In this document: positions 27,004-39,712 of the stretch, piece after piece
How the letters are laid out: every line of letters starts with the position of its first letter
Numbering within the stretch: position 1 is the first letter of the stretch
From: Octopus sinensis
Taxonomy: Eukaryota
Direction of reading: 5' to 3'
Length of the DNA stretch: 64,000 bases
Assembly: GCF_006345805.1 (NCBI RefSeq)
Contig: NC_043007.1
Location: 42,718,001-42,782,000, forward strand
The notes under the pieces: model-generated
What the model was told of the DNA's origin: nothing
The model's database searches: none
Seen by the model: only the letters and a program-made list of their open reading frames with translations
Position numbers and translations under genes: made by a program

Positions 27004-27104
27004 ACTGAAAAACCGAAGTCATTTCGGTGTTGTACATTTGCTGCTTCTGACATACAAGAAAGACATCTGGCAACTGGTAACTTTCATGGCAAAATGGAAA
27101 TTTG
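27004..27104 (+). CDS. WDR92: WDR92 exon 2
   Basis: TEKPKSFRCCTFAASDIQERHLATGNFHGKMEIW; tttttag| and |gtgagt; phases 0 and 2. Confidence 0.93.
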
Positions 27105-28343
27105 GTGAGTTGGATATATAATTTGTTGGTAAAAAGAGTTTAGCTTACTATTTACTGACTTTCTTTTAATAAGTGTGAAATAAAAAAAAATTAAATGCTT
27201 TTTGTTTTGAAATGAATTTGCTTAGCAAGAATGTTTTGGCTCTAAGGAATAGGCCTGATATTTGTGATGTTCACAAATACAGACTTTTTCTTCTGAGCCA
27301 AAACTTGTTTCAGTTCTGAACAACGGCTAACTCCTTTACAAAACTGAAATATTTTTGTACTAGGGTTATTATTCATATCTAAGAATGTTATTTGCTTTAC
27401 AGATATTCACATTCTAGAATGTGAAGGTACCTAGAAATGATATGTACCTCAACTCATACTAGCGACATAAGAAGATGCACATAGTTGGGATAATAGAAAA
27501 TGAAGTCCAGGATACATAATGTCTGGAAAAAAATATTGACAGGATAGTCATGGTTGGAATGTTTTCAATCAAAGGTTTACTCAACAATGGTTTAACAACC
27601 CAGGGTGCTAAACAACAAATGATATAAACGTCTTCAAAAAATTTTAAGGAGTTTATTAAGATATGTTCTTTTTTCTAGTTTCATGGTGTTTAATGGATAA
27701 GAGTTTGATCTTCTTCTTGATACTTATTCTTAACAACTAGGTGAGCTGAGCTATGCACAGTTGAGTGTTTCACCTAGATGCACAAGTGCATGCAAAGTAT
27801 TTACAACCAAAAACGATGACTAGGTAACTTAAAGTATAATCTACTCAGCTATCCTTTTATATTCTACATTGCAGCTGATTAAAACCCTTTCTCGTTGATT
27901 AGCAATAAACAAATATCCGCCGTTAGCAAGCTGTGTATGACCTCTGTTCTGAATTTTCTTCTCTGTAACAGTTCCATATAAACATTTCTCATACACTTAT
28001 TTCTTTCTCTCTTCTTCTCTTTCTTCTTTTCCCATTGTATTTCACTTGCTAGACCTTTAACACCTTTATCACCATAATAAACATTTTGCCAAATTCTGTT
28101 TCTTCAAATTGTATCCCTCAGAAATCCCTCATTTCACTTGTGTTTTCTCTCAGTCCATTACTTGTATCTATTCTGTGATTGTCTCCAATTGATTATACTA
28201 AGGATTAAAATGTTGTGGCATGTATTATCAGTAGCATAGCATAGGTACTGAAATAAGGTATGCAAATCTTAAAGGTAAACTTGTTTTATAATACATATAG
28301 ATATCATATATTTAATGGACATTTAGAAAAGTGTCTATAAGCG

Positions 28344-28560
28344 TAACCCTTTTCATACAATATTTCTTTTGAAATACACAGCTTTTGTTTCAATTTATTT
28401 TGGAAATAACAAAGAGTTTAGTAAAATAACTTTGCCATTATTAAGCTGGTGTTTGGAACATAAGTTAACTTAGGATTTTAATGGAAAGTATTAATTTAGA
28501 TTACTTTAAAACAGGAAGTTTGTATCATAGAACTAGCGCAAGTTGTTATCAAAATATGGT
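28344..28560. mobile_element. Degenerate MITE (same family at about 35430-35635)
   Basis: Shared core tttagtaaaata.ctttgcca.tattaagctggtg.ttggaacataa in both copies. Confidence 0.55.
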
Positions 28561-28738
28561 TTTACAATATAGATGTTATATGTAGAGGACATTAGATATA
28601 ATATCTATAAACTGCAGAAAATCATGTGGATATTAACCCTTTGGAGACAGTCTCATTTGGAGTTTCGGTGCGAAGAAGATAGAGCCCTTTTCTTGAGCCC
28701 CACGGAGGGCATGCACTTATTTTTCCAACACACACACC

Positions 28739-28785
<47 letters not shown>

Positions 28786-29086
28786 AAGTTATTACTTAAC
28801 ATATGTAAAACTATATATATTCTTGTAGGAAATTGAATGAACTAATACGATCTTCATCATTTAACTCTCTGGCTGATAGATCAGTCCTGTCGTCTCCTAA
28901 GGATTAACAAACAGAACTAGAAACAATTATTATTAACATGTTCAGAGAGAGAGAGAGAAGGTGAAGGGAGTGAAGGGAAAAAAAAGAATTAGTGTTTGTG
29001 TGTATGTAATAAAATAAATACAAAAAATTGTGAATGAACAATGAAATTAAATTGCACCAGTTTATATAATGTATTCCATATTTCAG

Positions 29087-29217
29087 GGACCTTGAACATT
29101 CTGATACTCCTGTCTACTCTGTAAATGGCCATACCCAAATTATCAACAGTATTGATGGTGTTGGAGGTTTAGGAATAGGAGAAGGTGCACCAGAAATTGT
29201 AACTGGCAGTAGAGATG
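29087..29217 (+). CDS. WDR92: WDR92 exon 3
   Basis: [43 protein letters not shown]; tttcag| and |gtaaca; phases 2 and 1. Confidence 0.97.
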
Positions 29218-29493
29218 GTAACATCTACATCATCTTTCATATTGTTTTCTTTAATTCTATCTCAAATTACAGCTGCTGGCAGTACTATTTAATAGCTCCA
29301 ATCATATAAAAATTTTAAAGCTATTCATCCTGTGTTAGTTATCTCTTACTTGACCACAGCAATTAACAGCAGTAGCCATATATATAACTATATATAACTA
29401 TTCAGATGGTTATTATATATGCAGTTATATATTTATATATAGCTATTCTAAGGGCTACTATAATAACACTTTGTAATAATTACCACTTGTTTT

Positions 29494-29894
29494 AAGGTGG
29501 CAAGCTGGCAGAATTGTTACCAAGCCAGGCAAAATGCTTAGCAGTATTTTGTCCATCTTTATGCTTTGAGTTAAAATTCTACTGAGGTTTCTTTTGACTT
29601 TCATCTTTTCAGGGTTGATAAAAGAAGTACCGGTTGAGCACTGGGGTTGATATTTTTTTTTTTTTTCTTTACTACCCACAAGGGGCTAAACACAGAGGGG
29701 ATGAACAAGGACAGACAAACGGATTAAATTGATTACATCGACCCCAGTGCGTAACTGGTACTTAATTTATCGACCCCGAAAGGATGAAAGGCAAAGTCGA
29801 CCTCGACGGAATTTGAACTCAGAACGTAATGGCAGACGAAATACAGCTACGCATTTCGCCCGGCATGCTAACGGTTCTGCCAGCTCGCCGCCTT
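29494..29894. mobile_element. Two copies of the second SINE family in inverted orientation (29494-29652 +, about 29665-29894 -)
   Basis: aaggtggcaagctggcagaa... on + and aaggcggcgagctggcagaa... on -. Confidence 0.8.
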
Positions 29895-30231
29895 TTGATA
29901 TAATTGACTTAACCCCTCCCCTGAACTTACTGACCTTGTGCCAAAATTTGAAATCAATAATTACAACTTATGTCACTAACATAGCTATAAAAAGTGTTAA
30001 TTATTTAGCCCTTTTGAAATTCAGATACATTAACAGTTGTATAATGGTTACTTTTTCATCAAGCTGTTTAACTGTAAATTTTTTTATTCAATGATTTAAC
30101 TCTTTCACTATTAATTCTATATTACTGTCAGCTTTCATAATGCCCAAATAATGCTAACATCAAAACTCAGATAAAATGGTGACACATGGTGATAAAAATG
30201 TTAATTTTACAAATACAACCATCTCTTGTAG

Positions 30232-30333
30232 GTTTGGTGAAAGTCTGGGATCCAAGACAGAAAGATAAACCTGTGGCAATAATGGAGCCAAAAGAAGGGG
30301 AAGCTAAAAGAGATTGTTGGGCTGTAGCATTTG
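30232..30333 (+). CDS. WDR92: WDR92 exon 4
   Basis: [33 protein letters not shown]; cttgtag| and |gtatgt; phases 1 and 1. Confidence 0.97.
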
Positions 30334-30743
30334 GTATGTATACTCTAGATCTTCTGTGTTGTTAGGAGCCAATAGTCTATGTTGTTGCTTCCTTCTTCTT
30401 TGTTGTATTAACATCTTTGTCTTTCTCTCTCTTCTACAATATGGATTAGATGAAGCTTCCTTCTTATTTATCCTTCACTCAGCCCAACAAGTCATGGATT
30501 CCTGTCACATCGCTTGGTGTTTAGAAAGTCTTACATTGTAGAATAGTGTTAGTATGGCATATTTATTGATGTATTGCAGTTATCATATTGATATATCAAG
30601 GACTCCATTCAACATCCTCCACACTTTCTATCCATTTTGGTCTACTGTAGAGCTCATTATTCTTTTAGAGTAGGAATGAACTGCTGTACTTCAAAATATT
30701 TTGGAATTCTCCTTGTAATGTATTTCCCTGTTTACCATTGTAG

Positions 30744-30859
30744 GTAATACTTTTACTGCGACTGATCGCTGTGTATGTTCTGGCTATGATAATGGCGACA
30801 TTAAATTATTTGACCTGAAAACAATGTCTTTGCGTTGGGAAACCAACATTAAAAATGGA
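30744..30859 (+). CDS. WDR92: WDR92 exon 5
   Basis: [38 protein letters not shown]; ttgtag| and |gtaagt; phases 1 and 0. Confidence 0.97.
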
Positions 30860-31694
30860 GTAAGTCTGTTGTATTAATTTTTTTTACATTAACATTGTTG
30901 ACTCTTGAAATATGAGGGAAGGCATAGTTGATTGAAATGGAAGAAGAGTCGGAATGTGTTTAAAAAATGTAAAATGTCTTCAGTAGCTTTTTATGAAAAT
31001 CTTATGGGTTAGTGCTTAGGTCTAATTTCATAGTATTATGTATCTCAGTGATAATATACCAATACAGCAGATAACATAGGACTCAGTTCATAAGGCTGTC
31101 AAGAAGAGATACTGTTTTGGCACCTCCTCCTGACAGCTATATGAACTGAGTTCAATAGACTGAAAAGTACTGTATAAATGCCCAGTGCAATGGCTGTGGC
31201 AGGATTGAACAGAATGTTTTTGAATTAGTAGTCTAGTACCATATACACTTTTCTTCAGAGAAACTATGAAATGGAACTTAAGTTAAGAAATGAATAAATT
31301 GTGGGAACAATAATTTCGAAGAGACTACATTATTTCTGTGATGTAAAACATCTCACTCATGATTATCTCCAAATATAATAGCACAAGTGATAAAAATTTA
31401 ATCTCCCCACTTATAAAATGAGTGTTTGGTAAGGTATTTGACAAAATTCAGATTTGAGAAACATTGCTTTATATTTAGTATCACCTCAAACACTAGCAAA
31501 TGTCAGATTCAGTTTATTCAAAATAAAATATGTTGAGCTATTATCAACACATATTTAATGTTATTACTACAGAATTTGCAAGGCTTCCTATTAGGGTGTC
31601 AACATCTAAGAAGTGTAATTCTATGAAGGTATCAACAGAGACATGCAGTGGTTTCTAAACTTTAAAATCTATTATTTTTGTGCTTATTTAACAG

Positions 31695-31829
31695 GTCTGT
31701 TCTTTGGAGTTTGATAGAAAAGATATCAACATGAACAAACTTGTTGCCACAACTCTTGAATCAAAGTTCCACGTTTATGATATGAGAACACAACATCCAA
31801 CCAATGGGTTTGCATCAGTAGTAGAAAAA
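31695..31829 (+). CDS. WDR92: WDR92 exon 6
   Basis: [45 protein letters not shown]; aacag| and |gtaaga; phases 0 and 0. Confidence 0.97.
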
Positions 31830-33203
31830 GTAAGACTAGTGAATAATACCATTGATTTCACCACCTCTCTACCTTGTTTTTTAATTATTATTATTCCACT
31901 TTATAAACTTTTATGTTGATTTATTTCGCATAAAGATAGGAAGACAGTTATAGAGTATTTCAGTGATGTTAAGGCTAATATCTACATATTGCACAGAAGA
32001 CTTCTATGTAAGCACTCAAACTGATCAAAGCAACAGCCAAATCTTCCTGAAATTACAGGCTACTACCTTAAAGAAAGAGACATTGGACAGTATAATCCTA
32101 GATAACTGGAAACATGATGGCTATAGTCAAGATGCCTTTTGTTTTTGTAGGTCTGCTCAGACAAGGCTGACTTGTAACAAAGCAACATAGTAGACAGCCT
32201 CCATGAATTCACATTGTTATGTTTCTTGGTATGACTGACATTAGGTTTCACTGCTAGTTCATGACTGAGTGATTAACACTAAGTAAAGTATCAGATGTTA
32301 AACCTACAGTTGTGTATTTAATGGTAGGGTGGATACCCAACTATAAAAATCAATGGTTCCAGGATAATCCAAATTTGCTATTTATGTCATTCATATGAAA
32401 ATTAATACAAAACAGTGAGAAAGCATTTTTAGATGTTGGACTAAAAAATTCCAAGTCAGGCCTAACTGAGTAGATCTATGATCATACAAGACTACATTAT
32501 CTTGGATATACATGTTTCTTTTCGCTTTTTAAGGCAGTCAAGGGAGGAGATATTTGATTGCTATTTCTAGCAGATCAAGTGACCATGTGCAGCCCTTGAA
32601 AAATTACAATGCATATTTTTGCTTTCTTAGCTGATAAAAGTCATCCCAAGTCCTTTACCAGAAGTTAATAGCAATTATGCACAATTACTTAGACTTAGAA
32701 AACCTCACTCCTTGCCAGAAGAGTGGTATATTAATTTGGTAATAAATTTAGCCTCGAATTTTGTCTTTCCCTAATATTGCCATTTTGTTTCAATTCAAGT
32801 TTTATGTTAGGTTTTTAACAGTTCTTTTTATTTTTGTGTTCATTTATTAATCCACCCCATTCTTACAACATAATGAGTTCTTTGCTTTTTATGAGTATAA
32901 TAATTTGCTTATGTAGTAAAACTTGATAGCTGTTTCAAAGTTCTTATAAAATTTTCAACTTTATCATAATTTCTTGGTCTGAAAAGATTAATTGGCACGA
33001 AATTCAAATTCTAATTACTTGTCATACGATAAATTATAGCAGAAATACTGCATAAGCAAATCTAGCACAAAATACAAGCATATGCACATATATATACTTC
33101 ACTTAGGCATTGTGATATTAATAACCTGATGCAGAACACAATATACATATGCCTCAGAACAAGTCATTAGTCGAGTATAGAGCAGTAATAAGAAAAAAGA
33201 TGG

Positions 33204-33758
33204 CAAAGGAATAAACGATTATCTTATGAACTTCATTAGCTTACAGCTGTTTCCACTATGAGATGTGGTGGATTCATAGTTGAGTGCCTGAGGAATGTCA
33301 TACAATTTCATCAGAGCTTCAAATATCAAGTGCAAATATTTGGGAAAACAAATACATTTAAGTATATATACAGAGAAGCATTACCAATTAGATAGCTATA
33401 TGTGGAAGATGGAAACTAAGGGCTCCTCCTACAATTAGGATGAGATTAATTCTATTAAAACTTCATCTCTTTCCAGAAGAGAGCTCCAAAGGCTCCTCTC
33501 ACAATTAGGATAAGATTAATTCTATTAATCTTTTCCCAATTGTGCGAGGAGCCCTTGGTTTCCATCTTCCACATATATGCTATCACATTGGTAATGCTTT
33601 CCTGTATATTTGCTTAATTTTTTTTGCTTTTCCAAATATTTGGAGCTCTGATGAAATTGTAAGATGTTACTCAGGCACTCAACTATGAATCCACCACATC
33701 TTATAGTGAAAACAGCTGTAAGCTAATGAAGTTCATACGATAATCGTTTATTCCTTTG
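33204..33758. repeat. Imperfect foldback (about 220-240-bp arms) in WDR92 intron 6, possibly an inverted Penelope-like repeat
   Basis: aaaggaataaacgattatc.tatgaacttcattagcttacagctgttt... mirrored at 33535-33758. Confidence 0.9.
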
Positions 33759-33784
33759 TCTTCTCTTTACTTATACAAGTATAA

Positions 33785-34100
33785 GCACAGGCATGATTGT
33801 TTGTTTAAGAGGTTAGCTGCTCAGCCATGTAATTTCAGGTTGTTCAATTGCACATGGCACCATTGACAAAAGCCTTCTATAATTTTGACCGAAGTTTTGT
33901 GTGTGTGTATGTATTTGTGTCCTTATCTTGACAACACAAGATAGTTGTAAGTGAGTGTCATCATCATACAAGTGGTATCCTTCATTTCCAAGCTTTCATG
34001 AGAAATGTTCAGCTGTAGAGAAGTATTAACTTGCTTGGAAACAGGTGAGGGTTGGCAACAGGAAGGGCACATTGCTGTAGAAAGTGTCTTAACAAATTTC
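33785..34100 (+). mobile_element. Degenerate SINE (related copy at about 41805-42185)
   Basis: Degenerate tRNA-like head and shared body aagtattaacttgcttg.aaaca.gtgag.gttgg. Confidence 0.6.
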
Positions 34101-34675
34101 ACATCTCAGTTGTGTTATTTCATTTATGAAGTACTTGTGTTGTTGTCTAACTCTAATTAAGATCGAAGTCATTTCAGGCAAACATATATTCTAACACTAC
34201 ATTTTCAAATGTAATATTCTTTTGTTAAAGAACATGATGGGGGTTTGGCTGCTATTTCTTACAGTTTGAGGTCCTCTTGTGGGCTCAAGTAACTCTGCTA
34301 ATACCTGATATAACTACCATTCTAACCTTTGCTATTCTGCTTCCAGTATGTATATGCTTTACTACAATCAGAGCCAAATCTATTTATGTGTCATTTTATG
34401 GACATGTTTGGTTCAACAAGTTTTTCAATGACATTTTACTTATTTAACAAATAATATATTTATAAAAATACTCAGGTGCTTTTAGCCTTATTACTTGTAA
34501 TTTCAATGATCTGTTTTAATCACATTCTTAATACATGTATAAAAAAATTTGCCTTTCATAAGGAGAAAGAATCCATTTGTTGTTAATTGCTTATAAATTA
34601 TTATAAAGTTATAATTCTCTCTTTCTAATATCTACATTATTTTGTGTTTTTGTTTTTCATTTCTCTAATGTATAG

Positions 34676-34776
34676 GCAGCACATAAATCAACAATTTGGT
34701 CAGTTCGCCATCTTCCCCAGAATCGAGATATTTTTATGACAATGGGAGGTAATGGCTCAGTAAATCTTTGGCAATA
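34676..34776 (+). CDS. WDR92: WDR92 exon 7
   Basis: [33 protein letters not shown]; tatag| and |gtaagt; phases 0 and 2. Confidence 0.96.
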
Positions 34777-35106
34777 GTAAGTAAATTTATTTCTGAATAT
34801 TTTATCTGACAACAAGCATTTAGTGTTAAGGATATATCAAAACTTTAAAACTTTAAAGTTTCATTTATTCCAGCTTCAGGTAGATGATAATCATATAATA
34901 ACTGTTAGGCAGAGCAGAGAGAATGATATACATTTGGTTATATCCTAGAATGCAGTGCTCTAACATGACCACAGCCCAATGTCTAAGTCAGTAAAAGAAT
35001 ATTGTTGAAATAAAATTAATATATTTTGCTTATTTCCTACTAGTCTTAAAATATTTTATATTGTAACTTTTTTTTAAATCTCATAAGCTATTTATGTTGT
35101 TTTTAG

Positions 35107-35314
35107 TTATTACCCTGAAAAGCGTGTCACTAAAGATCCTGGAGGAATAGAGATGGGCGTTGCTGGTAAAGTGAATCTACTACAGAATATAACCATTTCC
35201 ACGCAACCTATAGCTACTTTGGACTGGAATGCTGACAAAGCTGGCTTATGTGTGTGTGCATCCTTCGACCAAACTGTTCGGGTCCTCATTGTTACCAAGT
35301 TAAACAGACTTTAA
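35107..35314 (+). CDS. WDR92: WDR92 exon 8 (terminal)
   Basis: [34 protein letters not shown]...[17 protein letters not shown]. Total CDS 1068 nt = 355 aa. AATAAA at 35347-35352. Confidence 0.97.
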
Positions 35315-36484
35315 AATTTCACTAATTTTTTTTATTTCCTATTTTGAATAAAATAATAATTTTTTATTTCTGTTGTTTATTATTATTATTATGACTATTA
35401 TATCACATGGCTTGATGGCAGAATCTTTAAACCTTTTGTTACATTTCTGTTGAAACAACACTGCCTTTGTTTCAATTAATTTTGAAAATAATGAAGAATT
35501 TAGTAAAATAGCTTTGCCACTATTAAGCTGGTGCTTGGAACATAAAATAACAAACTTTCGATGGAATCACTTTAAAATGGGAAGTTTGTATCACTGAATC
35601 AGTAGTCTCAGGTAGGTTGGTATTAAAAGTTAAAGTGCTAGAAAAATTCCTGGCAGTATTTAATTACATCCCTCTAAATTCCAAATATAGAATTTAAATC
35701 CCATTGAATTTGACTTTGAATTTCATCCTTTCAAGGTTGACAAAATATACCAATTAAATACTGGTATTTAGTAGAATTAACTAATCTCTCCTGAAATATG
35801 TGAACTTGTCCCTGTAGCGGACTCATTACAAATAATGACTGAAACAAGTCAAAAACTATAAGAGCATTAACAGGTAGCAGAAGGAACATAATTAGTAGTA
35901 CTGGATAAAAGGCCTTGAACTATTTTGTTACATTAGTTCAAATTCCACTGGATTTGACTTTACAATCATCTTTCCAGGTTGACAAAATAGTATACTGAGG
36001 AAATTCCTTTGAATATATTCTCCCACCAAAATTTAGCCTTGAATAAAAGTTAGAAATCCACATACACACACACATATATATATGTGCGTGTGTGTATATA
36101 TATAAGGTAGTGGCGGAAATTTCAAGGTACCAACAAAATGCTTGATATTTTAATTGCATCCCTTTTACATTCTGAATTCAAATCCTACCAGTATTAACTT
36201 CACTTTTTCTTTCTCCTCTTGGGCTGATGAAATAAGCAGCAAATGTGCTGCTTTTATCAGGTATACAATTTGTGATGACAATAAATTCTAAATCATCATT
36301 ACTATTCTATTAAGGGCAGTCAACTGACAAAAGCAATACAGTACCTAGACAAAATAATTGAAGTATTTCACCACTTAACTCCCTAAGTTCAAATCCTTTT
36401 GGGGAGAGTTTTTGAGGGAAGATGAAGGAATAGAAGAATAAAGGATAATAGAGCAACAAGAGTTAATTGAATCAATTATATATA

Positions 36485-37070
36485 TCTTACATATTAAAAC
36501 TGAAAATGTCTCTTCATGTGTCTATGGGTATGTCCTCATTTTGAGCCAAAATGGCTCAACCAATTTTCTTAAACTTCACACGTACATTGCTTATGTGTCT
36601 GGGGAGGTTATAAGTATAAATTGATTTCAAAACAATGTTCAGATAAATGGCGGGAGGAATAACATTTGGGAGTGGTTGAACGTAATTATTTTTAAACTTC
36701 CAAGGGAAATAACCTATTCTCTTGTTTGTAAATTATTTTTAAGCTTCCAAGGGAAATAACCCATTCCCTCCTTCGTAAATTATTTGGTAAAAATGAAATT
36801 GAATATACTTATTTCTTAGTATTTGAACTATTTTAGTTATTTTCTCAATTTATCTAGTACAAGGCTTAAACAAGTTAATACTATTCTCCTAAACAATAGA
36901 TCTACTTATTTCAGTTAGTAACTTATTCACGGACATAACATTAGTGCTGCTGAGTGTAACATTCTCCAGGAACGCACAAAAGCTTTTTTCATAGTTAATT
37001 ACTTTGAATTGTTATTATCTCATATCTGATTAGCTTGTTATTACATAACATGTTTCACGATTTTAGTATA
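36485..37070 (+). mobile_element. Probable non-autonomous Helitron
   Basis: Starts A|TCTTACATATTAAAACTGAAAATGTC after an (AT)n run; short internal direct repeat; 3' end degenerate. Confidence 0.45.
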
Positions 37071-37408
37071 CATATCTTATTAGTATTTCCTCCTATGTTC
37101 TATATACTCTGGAAACATATTAAAGCCCTTTTTGGGGCTACTTTATTTGAATTGTTACTATAGGGTAATTTCATGTTATTACATAACTGACTTCACAATT
37201 TGGGTATTCATAACTTATTGGGAATTCCTAAAAACAAGATCCTTCGTAAGACAGTTCAGTATTCTCAATAAATACACAAAAACCGTTTTAAGGGCTACAT
37301 ACTTTGTATTTTTGTTACAGGATTAGCGAAGCAATTATGAGAATGGAACCAAGGGATAAGCCTGCTTTCCTGGGAATTACCAGGCATGTCACCTGATATA
37401 CATATATA

Positions 37409-37816
37409 TGCTTTCGGTGTAAATGGTTTTATTATATGACGCCGTATTTTACAATCCTGTAAATAATAATAATGGTATTTTTATATAAGCTTAAAGTTTA
37501 TGGCGTTCACTGTGCAATGACTAAGGAAAATAGTCTAATAATGAGACATATAAGCCCTTGACAGAAAAATGTTGGTTTTCCCATCTGCGTGTAAAAGTAA
37601 CACAGTCATGTAAACAAAGGGATGTGGGTTCACATCTATGTGGATGGGAAAGCCTCTTTTTTCTGTTGAGGGCTTATATGCCCCATTATTAGACTATTTT
37701 CCTTAGTCATTGTACAGTGAACGGCACAAGCTTTAACTTATATAAAAATACCATTATTATTATTCACTGGATTGTAAAATACGCCACTGTATAATAAAGC
37801 CATTCGCACCGAAAGC

Positions 37817-37817
<1 letters not shown>
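37409..37817. mobile_element. Foldback MITE with about 175-bp TIRs inserted in a TA run
   Basis: tgctttcggtg...aataatggtatttttatataag... mirrored to ...caccgaaagca, flanked by (TA)n. Confidence 0.85.
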
Positions 37818-37834
<17 letters not shown>

Positions 37835-37848
<14 letters not shown>

Positions 37849-38150
37849 TTATTAAAGCCTCAGGCTGACCAAAACCTTGTGAGTGAATTTCATACTCACA
37901 AACTGAAAGAAGACTGTCATATATGTGTATGTGTGTGCATGTCTTGTATTTGTACCCCCACCATTGCTTGACAACTGATGTTGCTGTTTACATTCCTGCA
38001 ACTTAGTGGTTTGGTAAAAGACACTGACAGAATGAGTACTAAGCTTACAAAGAATAAATCCTGTGGTTGATTTCTTCGACCAACGGTGGTGCTTCAGCAT
38101 GGCCACAGTCACATGACTGAAACAAGTAAAGAAATAAAATTCTATGCCAT
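37835..38150 (-). mobile_element. Octopus-type SINE, partial
   Basis: Similar to 7805-8216. Confidence 0.7.
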
Positions 38151-38391
38151 TTAAATCCCGAGCAAGGCTGGGTATCTCTGCTAGTATATATAATTATATA
38201 TATATATGAAATTAATACTGGTGGAAATTGAAAACAAAGCACAGGTATTTTCTTGCTTTAAAATGCATTCACCTTTACATACAAATACAATAAAATGATT
38301 GATATGAATTGTTTATTGAATTCTAATCCAAAATAAAAAGGAGAAAAATGTTTAGAAAAAAAAGGGTGGGAGAAAGTTTGTTCAGTTTCCA

Positions 38392-38501
38392 TTATCTCAT
38401 TAATTTGGGCTTCTTTTCTGGCGGAACTTTGGTTCCAGAAGAATTCTGTTTATCATCAGTTTTATCCATTCGATTTTCCACTTTCGTTTCAGGTCTTTCA
38501 T
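38392..38501 (-). CDS. MED6: Mediator subunit 6, exon 8 (terminal)
   Basis: (D)ERPETKVENRMDKTDDKQNSSGTKVPPEKKPKLMR*, compare human C-terminus GPPEKRMRLQ. Acceptor ctttttcag, phase 1; AATAAA on - at 38312-38317. Confidence 0.85.
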
Positions 38502-39712
38502 CTGAAAAAGTAGAGTGGTTATTATTCAATAATTTGTGGTGGCAGTGGTAGATATATATTTTTTCACAAAAATTTTTTATGGTTTAGTCAGGAGGAAGAA
38601 GAAACGGGAAACTTGGTTTGGATGCTTGCAAGTGAGTGAGCTCCACTAATCAACAGAGAGAGTGCAAAGAGAGGATTATATACAAAGCAATGGTACAAGC
38701 TCAGGTTAACAGAATAATTAAAAAGACATACATACATAAATAAAGATGATGTTAAACATAAGTATTTCTTAAGGTCAAATGATGACCCAGGTGTCTGTTC
38801 AACTAAAACATTATCGTTTTTTGTTCCATTTTTATATATTATGAAGGAAGAGAATGAGTGTGTTTATTGTGACTATCACTGGAGAATTTTACCTTCCAAG
38901 AATTGAAGTCATTTCTATCTCATATCACTTTGACCAAACTGTGATAGATATAGAAAAGGCATGAGGCCATAAGTCATCAGCTGAAATAAAATATGCAGGA
39001 TAAAAACCTGGAAAGATGGTCTACTCTAGACCAAACCAATGCATGCCAGCATGAGGGAACAGACATAAAGGCAATGTTGATGATGATATCCATCTTAGCA
39101 AGAGTGAGGTTACATTTTATAAATATATGTTTTGACAGAGATAGTAGTGCAGTTACAAAGTTCACTACACAATCAAATGGCATTTGGGCTTCATCCCATA
39201 TCACACAGTGCATTGTCTACTACAGCGATGGTTTGATCAATACTTTTAGGTGAAATTTTGTACACTGAAAGGGTAGAAACTTCATGTGCGCGCGTGCATG
39301 CGTGTGTGAGTAAGTAAGTAACCAAATTCAGGAGCAGTAAGACGCAAAAAAATATTTTTCCCTTTCTCACATCTCCTGAATTTGATTAATTATTATATAC
39401 TTTCCAACACTGTGAATCATAGATTTTCAGAACCATGGTAATGTTAATATTTATCTACACTCAACTACTGTTTCTATGGTAGCCAAACAACCTGCAGAGA
39501 GCTTACAGCAAGAACTGCTTGATTCTTTGAATCCCTATTTCCAGTTGTATACACATAAATAGATGTGTGTGTGTGTGAGAAAGAGAGAGAGAGAGAGAGA
39601 GAAGGGGGAGAGTAGGGTAAACAAAAACCAGTACAATTTCTGACCAATCCATAAGAAAGGTCAGGCAGGAAATGTCTAGTTTGAATGAGATTGATGCTTG
39701 TGTACAGTGAGG

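Noticed and set aside
39507-39534. 28-nt MED6 micro-exon candidate with AG/GT borders
   Set aside because: Would shift the frame between phase-1 exons 7 and 8.
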